Origin: Mytilus trossulus
Lineage: Eukaryota
NCBI RefSeq assembly: GCF_036588685.1
Contig: NC_086379.1
Span: forward strand, 41,354,001-41,418,000
Reading direction: 5' to 3'
Length of the DNA: 64,000 nt
Within the stretch, counting starts at the first letter, position 1; every line of letters begins with the position of its first letter. The notes under the pieces are model-generated. The model was not told where the DNA came from. It made no database searches and saw only the letters and a list, made by a program, of their open reading frames with translations. Position numbers and translations under genes: made by a program. Below, piece after piece: positions 12,769-25,206 of the stretch.

Positions 12769-14608
12769 AGTTACTGTATAGACCATTTAGTCGATAGAAG
12801 GTTAAATAAAAAGGAAAATGTGCAATTAGTTATGACAAAGTTGTTCAGCAATATTATTGTACTAAGTATATACTTGTTGCGCTTGTTAGTATGTTATATT
12901 TTTCTATCCATTTTTTGTTTTGTTTACTTGTATTTAAAAGTTTATTACGTTTTACCTGCAATAAAGATATATCACATATCGTTTTTTTTTATATCTTGCA
13001 TTTTGAAGATACAATGGATAACTACTAGACTCATTTTCCAGAAGTTTACGTTTTATTTGAAAAATAAAGTCACGACAAGACATTTACATTTACTATAGTA
13101 CAGAACGTAGAAGCCACGAGTTGTTAACCTATGTAAAGTTGTTAACCTATGCTTACATCTGCTGTTTCTTGTGTGCACATTTCCGAAAAAGGATTTTGGG
13201 ATTATGATAAACATGTTTAGTAAAGTCAGGAAAATGATGGACTCTATCAGTAGGTTAAAAGTTAATTTTATGAAGAAAAAAAACCCCAAGAGAATAACAT
13301 ATAGCACAATATTCAGCAATGGACAGAAAAGGTGTATATACCAATAAATAAAGCTCTTAAGTATGTTTAAAACAAGTTTTAAGCAAATTGAAAAAGAGAA
13401 AGAATTATAGATCTGCCATTCATGTGTGTCTACACAAATAACAGTTAATAAAGATAAGAAATGTTAAAAAAAATTTGAAGAATTTTAAAAGTGGACTCTT
13501 ACAAGATTTAAGCCCTTCTTTTCCCATTGGTTTCAGGACGGTCAATTTGATATGTTTTCTTTTATATACTTGTATATTGAATTCCTAGTATTGTAAAAGA
13601 AAAACTAATAATATCATATTTGCCTCTTTGATTTTGTAAGTAATTATACAAATGTCTTCAATGATGTTGTTAATTTGGCGGTAATTTATAGCCAATGATG
13701 GCTCCTGATCAAAATCAGACATCAATAAGACACGTTAAGAGAAAAGTCGGATTTCTATCCTAAATGATTGGTTCGGAATATCCTAACATTGTCTGACGTT
13801 TAGAAACGGACTGAGAGCGGAATTAACGGGAACGCTTCCTTAACAATATTTGATTATTGTAAAAATCAAATAAATTGGTTCGTTCTGTCCACATGCTAGT
13901 AGTTATCAAAGGTACCAGACTTATAATTTGATACGTCTGACGCACGTTTCGTCTACATAAGACTCATCAGTGACGCCTAGATACAAATAGATAAAAAGCT
14001 AAACAAGTATAAAGTTGAATAGCATTGAGGACCCAAAATTCCAAACAAATGTCAAAATTGTGTGCCACACATTGTTGTAAGTATAATGGAATTTTACACG
14101 ACTGTCATGATTAGCTTGCTCTAATAACAGGTCTAATCCACTATTTTCTACATAAGAAGTTGTCTATACCAAGTCAGGAATATGACAGTTGTTATCCATT
14201 CATTTATATGTGTTTAAGCATTCGATTTTGACATTTACTGAGGGATTTTCAGTTTCGATTTTTCCTAGGAGTTCGGTACTTTTTACAGGTTTCCAGCCAC
14301 TAATCTCCAGTAACAAGATTTCAATCCGACGTTTAACAAATTTTTTTCGGAATGTCTGGAAGCCATAAAAAAATCCTGATCTTGGGACTGAGGCTGTTCT
14401 ATCTGAAACGTATTTGACATATAAACACTGAAGGCTAAAGTTTCAAATACATGTATCTCATGTACACAAGTTTGCAATATTCACGATTTTCTTTTATCAT
14501 TGTATCCACTGTCTTGCGAATATACCGAACTATGTACACTCGGTGCTCGGCACATGTATATACTGTAGGGTAATTATACATATGTTTAAAGTATTTCCTA
14601 AGCAAGGC

Positions 14609-14910
14609 GACGTAATTGTGAATGATTTGTTTTCATGACAAGTCGCCTTAAGTGGTATTTTGTCTAATGAAATTTTATAAATGAGGAAATGTTTTTAGTA
14701 AATCATGTCAATTATTTTGACAACTTCTACGCCTAGTATACAACTTTACATGTCAAAACAAAGGTATATTATTACACACCTAAACATGTGTATTCGAAGG
14801 TGTATAACAAATACAGCTACACTAAATGTATTCAAGCCTCAGGATTCAACTGAAGTGAGACTTGTAAGGAACGATCTTGACTACAATTTTAATGTGTTTA
14901 GCTTTAACGT
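14609..14910 (+). pseudogene. Orphan relic of a D/E-type promoter and exon-1 start
   Basis: Colinear with 24949-25240 (TTGTGAATGATTT, GGAAATGTTTT, GTAAATCATGTCAA, TTTTGACAACTT, ACATGTCAAAACAAA, GAAGGT.TATAACA). The start codon is lost (ATCTTGACTAC versus ATGATGACTTC) and I found no downstream exons. Confidence 0.7.
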
Positions 14911-17714
14911 CTGTCAATACAAACAATACAATTTCTTTCCATTTGAACTCTTTTTATAATTGAAACTGTACACCATGCGTGCCACTTTTACTATGAAGTT
15001 TCGTAATAAATCATATCTGCATATGAACAGTTCATACGCAATACTATATCTGTTGCAAAGGTCAAAACATAGATTTGTGCGACATATTTTAAACATTGAG
15101 CGTCCGGAAATTACAACTTATACTCAAGTTATATACTATCCATCCCTTTGTCTATAGTATATTTAAAACGTTCACATTTGTTTAAAGTTGTTTCTAACAT
15201 GAAATTACTTGCATGTTCTCAACTTTACATTACAATTTGCCTTACTAGTATATTTTGAACATATTCATCGATGAATCATCATTTTCAGACGAAACATTCA
15301 TCTGCCGAACACACTTTCAATACTGTTACAAAATGCATCTTATATTTAATGCGTTTCCCTCAGTTTTGGTTTGTTGCCCCGATTTTGTTTTTTGTCCATG
15401 GATTTATGAGTTTTGAACAGCGGTATACTACTGTTGCCTTTATTTATGATGTCTGATATTAGACTTTATATTTGTAGGTGCATCTCCTATATAAAATATA
15501 AAATATTTTGTTTTTTAAAGAGGTTCAAAATCCTTGCCAAACTTCCAACTATAACATTATAACCACCGTTAAGGTCATTTTATAAAAATCATTAATATTT
15601 TGATATGAACTAAGGTCTTTATTGCTATTGGATATACCGTGTGCGTAAACCATCATTTTGTTGAGGCCTTGTCTCATATCTACATTTTCCAAACACTACG
15701 TGTACAGCGTACATTAACAAACAGACAAATATGCTAATAAAAACACGTTTAAAACAAAATAACATAATAACGACAACTATTTTTCTTTGAAAGTTTCAAG
15801 ATTACATCACACTATTAATTAAGCTTTGAACTTACATAATTTTAAACGCATTAGAAAACTTAACAATTTCTGAAATGTTCATGCCAGATAAAAACATTTG
15901 TTAACATCGGTAGACCTCCTCCTGCTGCTTTTTTAGTCAAAGGCGTTTATCATTTGGAAAATGATATCATAAACATTACAATATGACAGTTCTATTAATA
16001 TTTATTTATTATTATGATAAATAAAGGCACCAGTAGTATACCGCTGTTCGAAATTCATTAATCGATGGAGAAAAAAACAAATCCAGTTTACAAACTAAAA
16101 CTGAGGGAAACACATCAAATGTAAGAGAAGACGTACGACACAACAGAAACACAACATTTAAATGTAACACACACAGAAACAAAATTTAATATAACAAAGC
16201 CATTTTCCTGACTTGGTACAGGAAATATCAAGAAAAAATGATGGGTTGAACCTGGTTTTGTGCCATGCCAAACCCCCCGCTTTTAAAACGATGTTAAATA
16301 TAACATGAAAATGACAACATTACTTGACAGGACTATACAAATAAATGGGAGAACATATAGGACCTGGTTTTGTGGCATGCCAAACATTCCACTTTTGTGG
16401 CGATGTTTAATATAACATTAAAATGACAACATTACATGACAGGACTACTATACAAATAAATGAAAACATATAGGACAGAGAAAAACACCAATTTAATAGC
16501 TAACAAAAGGTACCAGGTTTAAAATGTAATACACCAGACGCGCGTTTCGTCTACACAAGACTAACCAGTGACGCTCAGATGAAAAAAGTTCGAAAGCCAT
16601 AAAAAAGTACAAATCCGAAAATCATTGAGGACCAAATGTTCCAAAATGAGTTGCATTCAATGTTAGCGGTATATCTTAGAAAAAGTATCCCACCATATAA
16701 TCTGTTACGTTTATTTAATACTAAAACTACTTTATAACTCTTAGATTTCTCATATATATATCGTTATATATTGACATTCTTAATTCAAAATCCATGTCAC
16801 ATTTTGAAAAGAAAAAAAAAACTTCCAAAGGTTAAGGTATATTGGTTTACTTCTGTTCGTCCTAATATACCATTCTGTGTCTTTTTGCAGAAGCCACATA
16901 TCTGTCGTTTTTTGTCGGCAGCTTCAAGTCTGTCTTTCTTGGGTACACAGCTTCATTTTGTAATATCATGTGTCCAACACTTTATGTTTGACGAAAAGAT
17001 GGATTTTGATTATTTGTATATGAATATATTTTGATCATGTTTATAATATGAAGTTGTCATCCAATATTTCTCAGTAATCAACCTCCAGTTTCCTAATATT
17101 TCTTCAAGCTTATTTTTCACATATTTACTGTCATTCCGTCGTAAATTACTGCGAGTTGTTGACCGTAATGTCGTATTTATTTCACAGATTATTACATATA
17201 TATGTTCATAATGTCGTCACTACACTTTCATCCTCTTTTCCCGAATTTGACCTTTCGAATTTTGAATATTATTTGGTTTGCATTTACATGACATGAGCAA
17301 CATGTGGAGCAGGAAATACCTACCCTTTTTTGTAAGGTGCGTGTTGTTCATTCTTAATTTTTTCTATGCTGTGTTTGGTGTACTAATGTTTGTCTGTTAG
17401 CCTTTTTCTTCTTTTTAGCCATGATGTGGCCGGTTTGTTTTCTTGTCATAACTTTGAATGTCCTTTTGGTATTTTGTTCCTCTTTTTTGCATGTGACCTG
17501 AAATATTAGTTTTTTTTATTGTTTGTTAACGATGCTCAGTCATTTTGTGTTGATCTGTGGATGCTTTCCTCTTAGACCAATTTGAAATATGCATGTGCAG
17601 GTCAATTTGATTAAGTAGGTTTAATCTCTAACATTATACAGATACATCTATGAATGTAAAGGGAATGTTTTAACATTATCTAAGTTGTAATACGTATTTA
17701 ATAAACAAAAAAAA

Positions 17715-18153
17715 TCGATGTGGTTTCCCAAGAAATTTATAAACAAAATTAATACTTTATAAATTTTGACAAGTACGTAATCGCCTTGTTTTTGCATGTA
17801 CATGTAGTACAATAACATAAGTGCACTGAGGTGCGTAAGAGGTTTGTTCTTTTGACTTGAAGCTTATTCTAAAAAAATTCTACCTTCAAAATATTAAGAA
17901 AAAAAATTGAAACAAAAACCCATTTATTTTTTGATGGCACAAAATTAAAATGTCTCAAAATTTTAAAATATTGAAGTTTCAAACTCAGATTAAACAACAA
18001 ACATTCCTTGGTTTTACAAGGATGTCTCTTTGACACATTACCCATTTAGATTCTCAATTTTGATTACACAATGGCTACACGTATCACGTAGATTTCAACA
18101 GGTTTTTTTTATCTTAATTAGTTCTGGGAAATCTCGTTATTTTGCTATATAAA
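17715..18153 (+). promoter_or_regulatory. Gene C promoter: conserved blocks, STAT (GAS) motif and TATA box
   Basis: TCGATGTGGTTTCCCAA 17715-17731; TGACAAGTACGTAAT 17767-17781; TTCTGGGAA 18122-18130; TATATAAA 18146-18153. GAS-to-TATA spacing is the same as in B. Confidence 0.6.
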
Positions 18154-18202
18154 CATACATGTATATCTGCTTCCAAATCACTCAATGTGTGATACCTATA
18201 AC

Positions 18203-21200
18203 ATGTTAATTCCTCATATCGTGGCCGTAGTTGCAGCACTTTGTACTTGCAATGGAGAATTACTGGCAATACAACAATATAAATTGGATAGTAAGTTATA
18301 CGAATAGTAAGAAATATAATTTATCTTTAGACCAATTCATTATTGAAATGTTTTACAATATTGTCATACCACGTGTACGTTAACAGTACTCTGAAATATA
18401 TATATTGTACAGTCGACACCATATATCTTAATGTTTATAAACATATATTTGCAATCTAATATCTTATTATTCCAGAAACAAACTAGACGTCTTAACATAA
18501 AAATACATACATAATAATATATAATAAAACAATAAAATCTCAATTATAAGGTTTTTTTTATTCTGAGTTATTTAATTAAAGTATACGTTGCTAACACTTT
18601 TTTACTTGAATGCACTATATGCCATATTTAGAACAGTTACACTAGTACTGTTCTGTACATACATATATTTAAACATCTATATTTACAACTAATTCATTGC
18701 CTTTTTTATGTTGTTACCGACCGGTCAAAATCTATAAAAAAAATTTGAGAAAATATCATTTTTGAAATTAGATTCGTTTATGACAATTGTCAACTATTGA
18801 TTTTGACATACGAAGGCAGTTTATTTATTTTGCTTAATTGAAATTTCTTTAATATATTTACTATTGAACAATAAAAAGAATTTAAACGTCACCTTTATTT
18901 TAGAAACAAGTTCCCGATCGCGAATAGAGTAAAGCAAACCTTACACAAACTTAAGTTTTAATAAGGTTAAGATATTATGAAATTAAAATGAATTGAAATC
19001 TTATATATTTTCAGTAATAAACGTCCAAACAAGCGCAGTTCTGTTTGACTATATCGTTGCTAAAATTAATGACACGGTAGATGAGGAGAAAAATCTTACA
19101 CAATCATGTGACACCAAAGTAAACCAAACTTTAAAGTCATGCGATGAATGTTTACGAAATGGTTGTGAACAGGTGCCAGAGTAGGTAGAAATGATTTCAT
19201 AATTTAACTTAAGAAATTCTTATAATATTGGAATTAAATGCATTATGCTGAACGCTTAATATTACAACACATGTTTAAAAACCTGATTCCTTTGAAGGAC
19301 TTCATAATGGCAATCATCATATTGAGGTTTGTCTCCTATATAGACTTACAACGAAACATCATCATCTTGAATTCAGAAATATGTCAATTTGTAGATAATA
19401 AAAGTATGTTTTTGCCGAATGTAAAGTCTTGAGTTTACTATTCGATGTTTTTAAACTGTTATTTGTTTGTTGGTCGTTTGTCTTAATTTTCCCTGGCGCT
19501 GCCAGTTTCTTTTCGACTAACGGCATCAGTCTTATTTATTTTGTTAACACCTTATCAAGATTTCGTCGAGTCCAAAAAAAGTTATTTAATCATCCTCCTG
19601 TTTAGGTCAAGTGCCGCAAAACTAAAGGTGGAGAAAAAATTTGAAAGTGAACATTACACTGTTGAAAGTTTAAAAGCTCAATTTTTTTTTTCATAAGTCG
19701 AAAAAAATCTTTGTTTGAAGTATAACATGTATTAACGATAGCTTTAAAACGTTTCTTTGAAACTTTTTATGCACAATAAATTGATCATACAATGTCCAGA
19801 TTACTCCAATTATGTTGTGGGTAACTTCCGAATTTATTTGGAGATAATGTGTGTAATACTATAGATCATTATAAAAAAAACCGAATATCAGATGATTTTC
19901 TCAGAATTTATTTATGATTGTGAGCTTTAATTTTTACAGAACACGTTGAAAGTTACATTTACCCATATTTGCATTGTGTAAAAAAATTGAAGTCGAGTGA
20001 AACACATGTCCGTTATTCGCTTGGGTTATAAAATATATGAGACACTCAATAACTTTGAATATTTACCTCTAGCATGGAAAGCTCAGATATGTCTCATAAC
20101 CGAACATAATGTCCGTAATTATTTTTCACGGGAAAACTTGCTTTTGTTAATGAAATCAGATATTTGCACTCATGTGTTTTTAATGTTTTTATTCAAATAT
20201 AACATATGACATAACTTTCGTATAACTTTAGATTTATTTTATAATATTTGTCGTTGGTAACATTTTTAATCTAAATAGAATATCTAGACCTGACTCGGAA
20301 CATTTGCTGAGACCAAACCCAGAAATGTTCCCGCTAATGATCAACACACCTATTCCAGATATAGCTAAATTAATCAAGGAAATTGGTAAAAGAGTTGGAC
20401 ATGAAGCTGCTAGATTTGGAAAGAAAATAGGAAAGGTTTTACAAAAACTAGGTGGAGGAGTCGGACGTACCATAAGAAAGGTTGGAGGAGTTCTAAAAAA
20501 AGTTAGAGGTGGGATTAAGAAAATTGGATCTAAAGTAGGAAGTCATGTTAAAAGATTAGGAAAGGGTGTCGCGAGAGTCGGCAATCATATTGGACAAGGT
20601 GTTGGTAGAATCGGCAAGCATATTGGAAAAAGTGTAGGCAGAATCAGCAAGAATATTGTACGAGGTGTTGGCTCAATCGGAAAAAATATTGGACGAAGGG
20701 TTGGCAGTATCGGAAAGAATATTGGACGAGGCGTTGGCAGAATCGGTAAGAATATTGGACAAGGCGTTGGTAGAATTGGAAAAAATATTGCACGAGGTGT
20801 TGGCAGATTTGGCAAGAATATTGGACGAGGTGTAGGAAGATTGGGCAAGAAAGTTGGACACGGTATTAAGAATACTGGCAAGAAGATTTGGAGTGGATTT
20901 AAAAGTATGTAATAAATAAAAAGATAAATAAGTTAACTAATTCATATTTTCATTAATCGAAATCAAATAATGTAGTTTATATATTTAATCTATAGATTTT
21001 CAAGTAATATTAAATAAGTTCCCACTTTTGAATTCGCCTGTTTTATCATCAAAAATTAATCCTAATTTGCAATACAGGGTTTCAGTCGATTTATTTATTG
21101 TTTTTCTATTATAGTAATTGAATCCCTTGGTTTTTTCCATTGCAGAAATATTTGGAAAACGATCCACACGACATTTAATTGCGAAGCGTTGTTTTCACAG

Positions 21201-23722
21201 TTGTACAGTTTGTGATGAACTTACTAAGAACACTGACGAACAAATAGTTAGAAACAGTAAGTGCATATAGCTTTATTAAACATGTCTATTTTAATATTGA
21301 ATATTAAAAAAAAAACCCGATACCCAAAGAATCGATTTGTATTTCATTGAAAAATGTTATCTTTTATTTTAGCAACAAACGACCATTTAAAGATAGATAA
21401 TGTGTTGTCTGAAGTTTATATATAAGGACATGTAAAGAATACACTCCCCTTTATTTGCAGTATGTGGATCAGATTTTGTTTCAAGACAGCAACACATATT
21501 TGACAAAGTGGGAGGTTTAGAGGACACATACAACTACATTGTTGATCAACCTGTAGTTACAAAGGTAAATGTTTGTTATAGTCTTCAAATCGTGCAAGAA
21601 CGAAACTTTGTTTTTCATACTTTATAGAGTTTTAACATACAGGAAAAACAAATGTTTTCGTTTGTCTATTGATACAAACAAAGTTTTTGCCGATACATGT
21701 ATTACCTTTTTAAAGATGAAATGAGATATTCATATTTATGTTATCACGTTCTGTAACTGACCTGCATTTATTCTGTATAATTGAAATTGTGTACATTACT
21801 TAAAAGGCAACCTAACGACACATAAAAACCCTAAAAGAGAACACATGTTGTGTGTGTATAAACAAATATTTAAAATGCAAAGTTGATCATCATTTCTGTT
21901 AATTATTTAAAATATTATTTTTTTTCAAATTTAAACTGTATGGATTATATTTTCTATAAAAACAAAAATGTTGTGTAGATATAAGGCGGATAGGTTTTCT
22001 TTTGAGTTTGTTATTTCTAAATAAAACTATTAACAATTACTGAATCATTATACAAATGTAGAAATATAAAAATGTAGAAATATAAAAATGTAAAATATAA
22101 GAATGTAGAAATATACAAATGTAGAAATATAAAAATGTAGAAATATAAAAATGTAGAAATATAAAAATGCAGAAATATAAAAATGTAGAAATATGAAAAT
22201 GTAGAAATATGAAAATATAGAAATATAAAAATATAGAAATATAAAATAATATAATTTTTAAATCCATTTGAGTGATGTTGGTTCATCAGCTTTACTATGA
22301 TCAAACTGATAATACAAGAGCTATTCATGTTTATTCAACATATAGGGGAAATTATTACATACAAAACATTAACGGTCTAATTCAACTATTTACAATGCCC
22401 TATATTGAAACTAGTTTTAGAATTTTCACCGATCTTTAATTATTTTTTACCGGGACGTTAAGTTCGTGACAACTAGGTATATTCTCAAATGAAATTGTAT
22501 TATAATAACCTTAATAATGTAGCACAATTATATGAATATTCAAATACTATTCACGGATAAGTAAAAATGGGATGAAAATGGTCCTAACATACGTGTTTAT
22601 CTGATTCATCAAATGTTTCGTTTATGCAAATTTAGTGAGTTTTAATAAACAAAAGAACTATGTTTCGTGAGAGTAGAGCTTTTTTGTTTACCTACGTCCC
22701 CAATGCTAGTTGGTTGAATTATAGTCGCCGTCACGTAAAATTGACACCATGTTTTTTTGTCGAAATTTTCTTAAATATCAACCGCGTTTACTAAAGGTTG
22801 TGCTTTTCAATTAGCGGAAGGAAAATCCTGTCCAAATATCCAATATTTTATTGTGTTTGCACTGTATAATCCTGACCTTCACATAATCCAAGATTCTTTT
22901 GTATGGTGGAATCCGATAATGTTATTACCGGATGTGTTGTCGTGGAGTTCCACGTGCTCTCCATTTACTTGTGTCTCTCGGAGCTTTTCGCCATCCTTAC
23001 GTAAAAAGCGCCGGAAATTGCATCATCAATGACAACAATTTTACCAGAGAGTAACGAATGTTATGGAATAAGGGATCCTCATAGAAACCAAAATGGCGGT
23101 TTTACAATGTAAATAATCTTAAAAAATGTGAATTATAGGATTATACAGTGCAAACACAATAAAAGGTATTACAGTTACTGTAGTGGATATTGGGACAGGT
23201 GTTTTCAGCTAAATGAAAACATTATCTTGAGTAATCGCGGCTGACATTTACATTTTTTTTTCACAAAAAACATGGTGCCAATTTTACGTGACGGCGACTA
23301 TAGTCTCAATAGTTTCAACAGGGCGTTTAATAAACAGTCGTTAAAATATAAATTAAATAACAATCTTTAAATCAAAGATCAACAGACAACAACAGTGTTA
23401 TTGTTGAGTAACCTTCAGGTAATTTTAATATATGATTGCCTTTTTTCATTGGTACCGATTAAAAAAAACACTAATACTGGTTTATAATAATAATGTTAAA
23501 TTGATAAGTACTATTGACTAAACTTTATGCTTTTTATAGGTGGAATATGAAACAAGCAGTCTTATTGTTGCTGGCGGGAAAATGGCATTCAAGAAATCCT
23601 TTGTAACATTTCAAACGGACAAAATTAAGAAACGATTTCAACTATCCGGAATATTTGAATTCTCTAACATAGAAGACATGGCCATAAACATTTCAAAAGA
23701 AATATTAGCTAAAATGCTTTAG
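18203..23722 (+). CDS. Gene C: secreted precursor (425 aa) with an expanded cationic 11-mer-repeat insert; closest paralog of B
   Basis: Exons 18203-18290, 19015-19180, 20279-20904, 21146-21256, 21461-21564, 23540-23722; GT-AG; total 1278 nt in frame. Signal peptide MLIPHIVAVVAALCTCNG; CDTKVNQTLKSCDECLRNGC; NIGRGVGRIGK-type repeats; KIFGKRSTRHLIAKRCFHSCTVC. Confidence 0.92.
20553..20882 (+). repeat. Coding tandem repeat, 33 nt / 11 aa, about 10 units, in gene C exon 3
   Basis: RLGKGVARVGN HIGQGVGRIGK HIGKSVGRISK NIVRGVGSIGK NIGRRVGSIGK NIGRGVGRIGK NIGQGVGRIGK NIARGVGRFGK NIGRGVGRLGK KVGHGIKNTGK. Confidence 0.95.
22054..22245. repeat. 17-bp minisatellite (AAATGTAGAAATATAAA), about 11 copies, in intron 5 of gene C
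   Basis: Directly visible tandem units; explains the spurious ORFs at 22017-22328 and 22037-22267. Confidence 0.9.
22722..23300. mobile_element. Foldback MITE with long TIRs and TA flanks in intron 5 of gene C
   Basis: TAGTCGCCGTCACGTAAAATTGACACCATGTTTTT versus AAAAACATGGTGCCAATTTTACGTGACGGCGACTA. Inverted similarity continues about 160 bp inward (TTTTATTGTGTTTGCACTGTATAATCCT / AGGATTATACAGTGCAAACACAATAAAA). Confidence 0.85.
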
Positions 23723-24948
23723 AGATATCATTTAGACCAATGAGTCAATAAATAGTAATATAAAAATACAAACTGTGCAATAAAATGACAATTTGACTTC
23801 ATCAATACAATTGTGTGTGATATTTTAATATATACTTGTTAAAATTGTAAGTGCGTTATTTTGTTAAATATCATGTTATCTTTAATTGTATTTAAATTTT
23901 TGTTTTACTTTTTACTTAAAATAAAATTCAATTATTTATCGTTGTCTTTTTAAAATATGCTGCATTTTAAAAGAAATTATAAAATACTGATATTTTTCTT
24001 ATCCGCGTTGCAAAAGGTGATGTTTTAAACATTCAATGTATGTATACGATTCATCAGAGATAGACATGTTGTGAAACAATGGTACACAGGAACCTAGTCG
24101 TTTGCGTTTAATGTGATATCGTGTGTACTATTGTTTTTTCTGTTTGTCTTATTTTTTCATGTGTTGTCAGATTATTTTTGATTGTCCCTCTGGTATCGTT
24201 CGCCTCTCTTCTAGAGCTGTTTAGCAATGATTTCTATAGTAATCACTGGTGCTTACTCCGACTTAAAAGCAACAAAGGTAAAGGGATAACTTAGAATATG
24301 AAGCTAGGAATAAAATCCTAATCCACTGATACAAAATGATTTTAACATGAACATTACTCATAAAGGTGTTTGAAAGGTCGGTGACATATTCATTTTTATA
24401 TTTATTTTGAAGAGTACGCATGGCACTTTCCTTCATGAATTTGTTGCGAAGAAATCACTGGTAGATATTTTTTAATACTAAACGTTTCTCATTCCTACGT
24501 TTTATTTTTGGCGGGAATGAAATAAATCACTTTTATTAAGATCAAAACAATAAGAGTCTTAAACTCTTGAACCTGTATTTGATAGATACAAATCTGCTGT
24601 TTAACGTGAAACAAGAATTATTCTTGAAGGTGTGAAATAATTGATTTTTTTGAGAGTTTAAATATTAAGATAATACCATGTTAATATTTGAGAAAACTGA
24701 GGTTGCTGTAGTGACAAAACTAAGTCGGTGACCCCTAATTGTTTTCATCATATTTTGTTTCTTAAATCACGAAATACCTTCACACAGAAAATTTAAGGAA
24801 AAATCACTGGTAGAACTGAACAGACTGTTTGGTCCTTAAATTCACGTTACAATCGATTTCTAATGTCAGTGTCCTCACTTTATAGAAAATTCGCAGTCGA
24901 CATATATATATGATGTCCAGTGTATGACATATGACCACTTCCTCTATA

Positions 24949-25206
24949 GACGAAATAGTTGTGAATGATTTATTGTTGGCAAGTTTTACATTGTCTGAAT
25001 GAAATTTCATAAATAAGGAAATGTTTTAAGGTAAATCATGTCAAAAGTTTTGACAACTTACATGCGTTTGTATACAAATTAACATGTCAAAACAAACGTA
25101 TGTCGTATTTCTGTAAATGTGTAATTTTGAAGGTATATAACACACAGTGCTACAAGTTGTGTATATTAACCTCTAGATTTAAATGACTGTGCAAGCTGTA
25201 ACTTTT
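24949..25206 (+). promoter_or_regulatory. Gene D promoter / 5' UTR (homologous to ~36960-37215 of gene E)
   Basis: TATATAA 25134-25140; colinear similarity with the region upstream of gene E (e.g. AAAAGTTTTGACA, TTTTGAAGGTAT, CCTCTAGATTTAA). Confidence 0.55.

Noticed and set aside
20585-20881. Minus-strand Pro-rich ORF (LPILPTPRPIF repeats) resembling a proline-rich AMP such as myticalin
   Set aside because: It is the antisense shadow of the Gly-rich 33-nt repeat in gene C exon 3. It has no signal peptide or splice context of its own.
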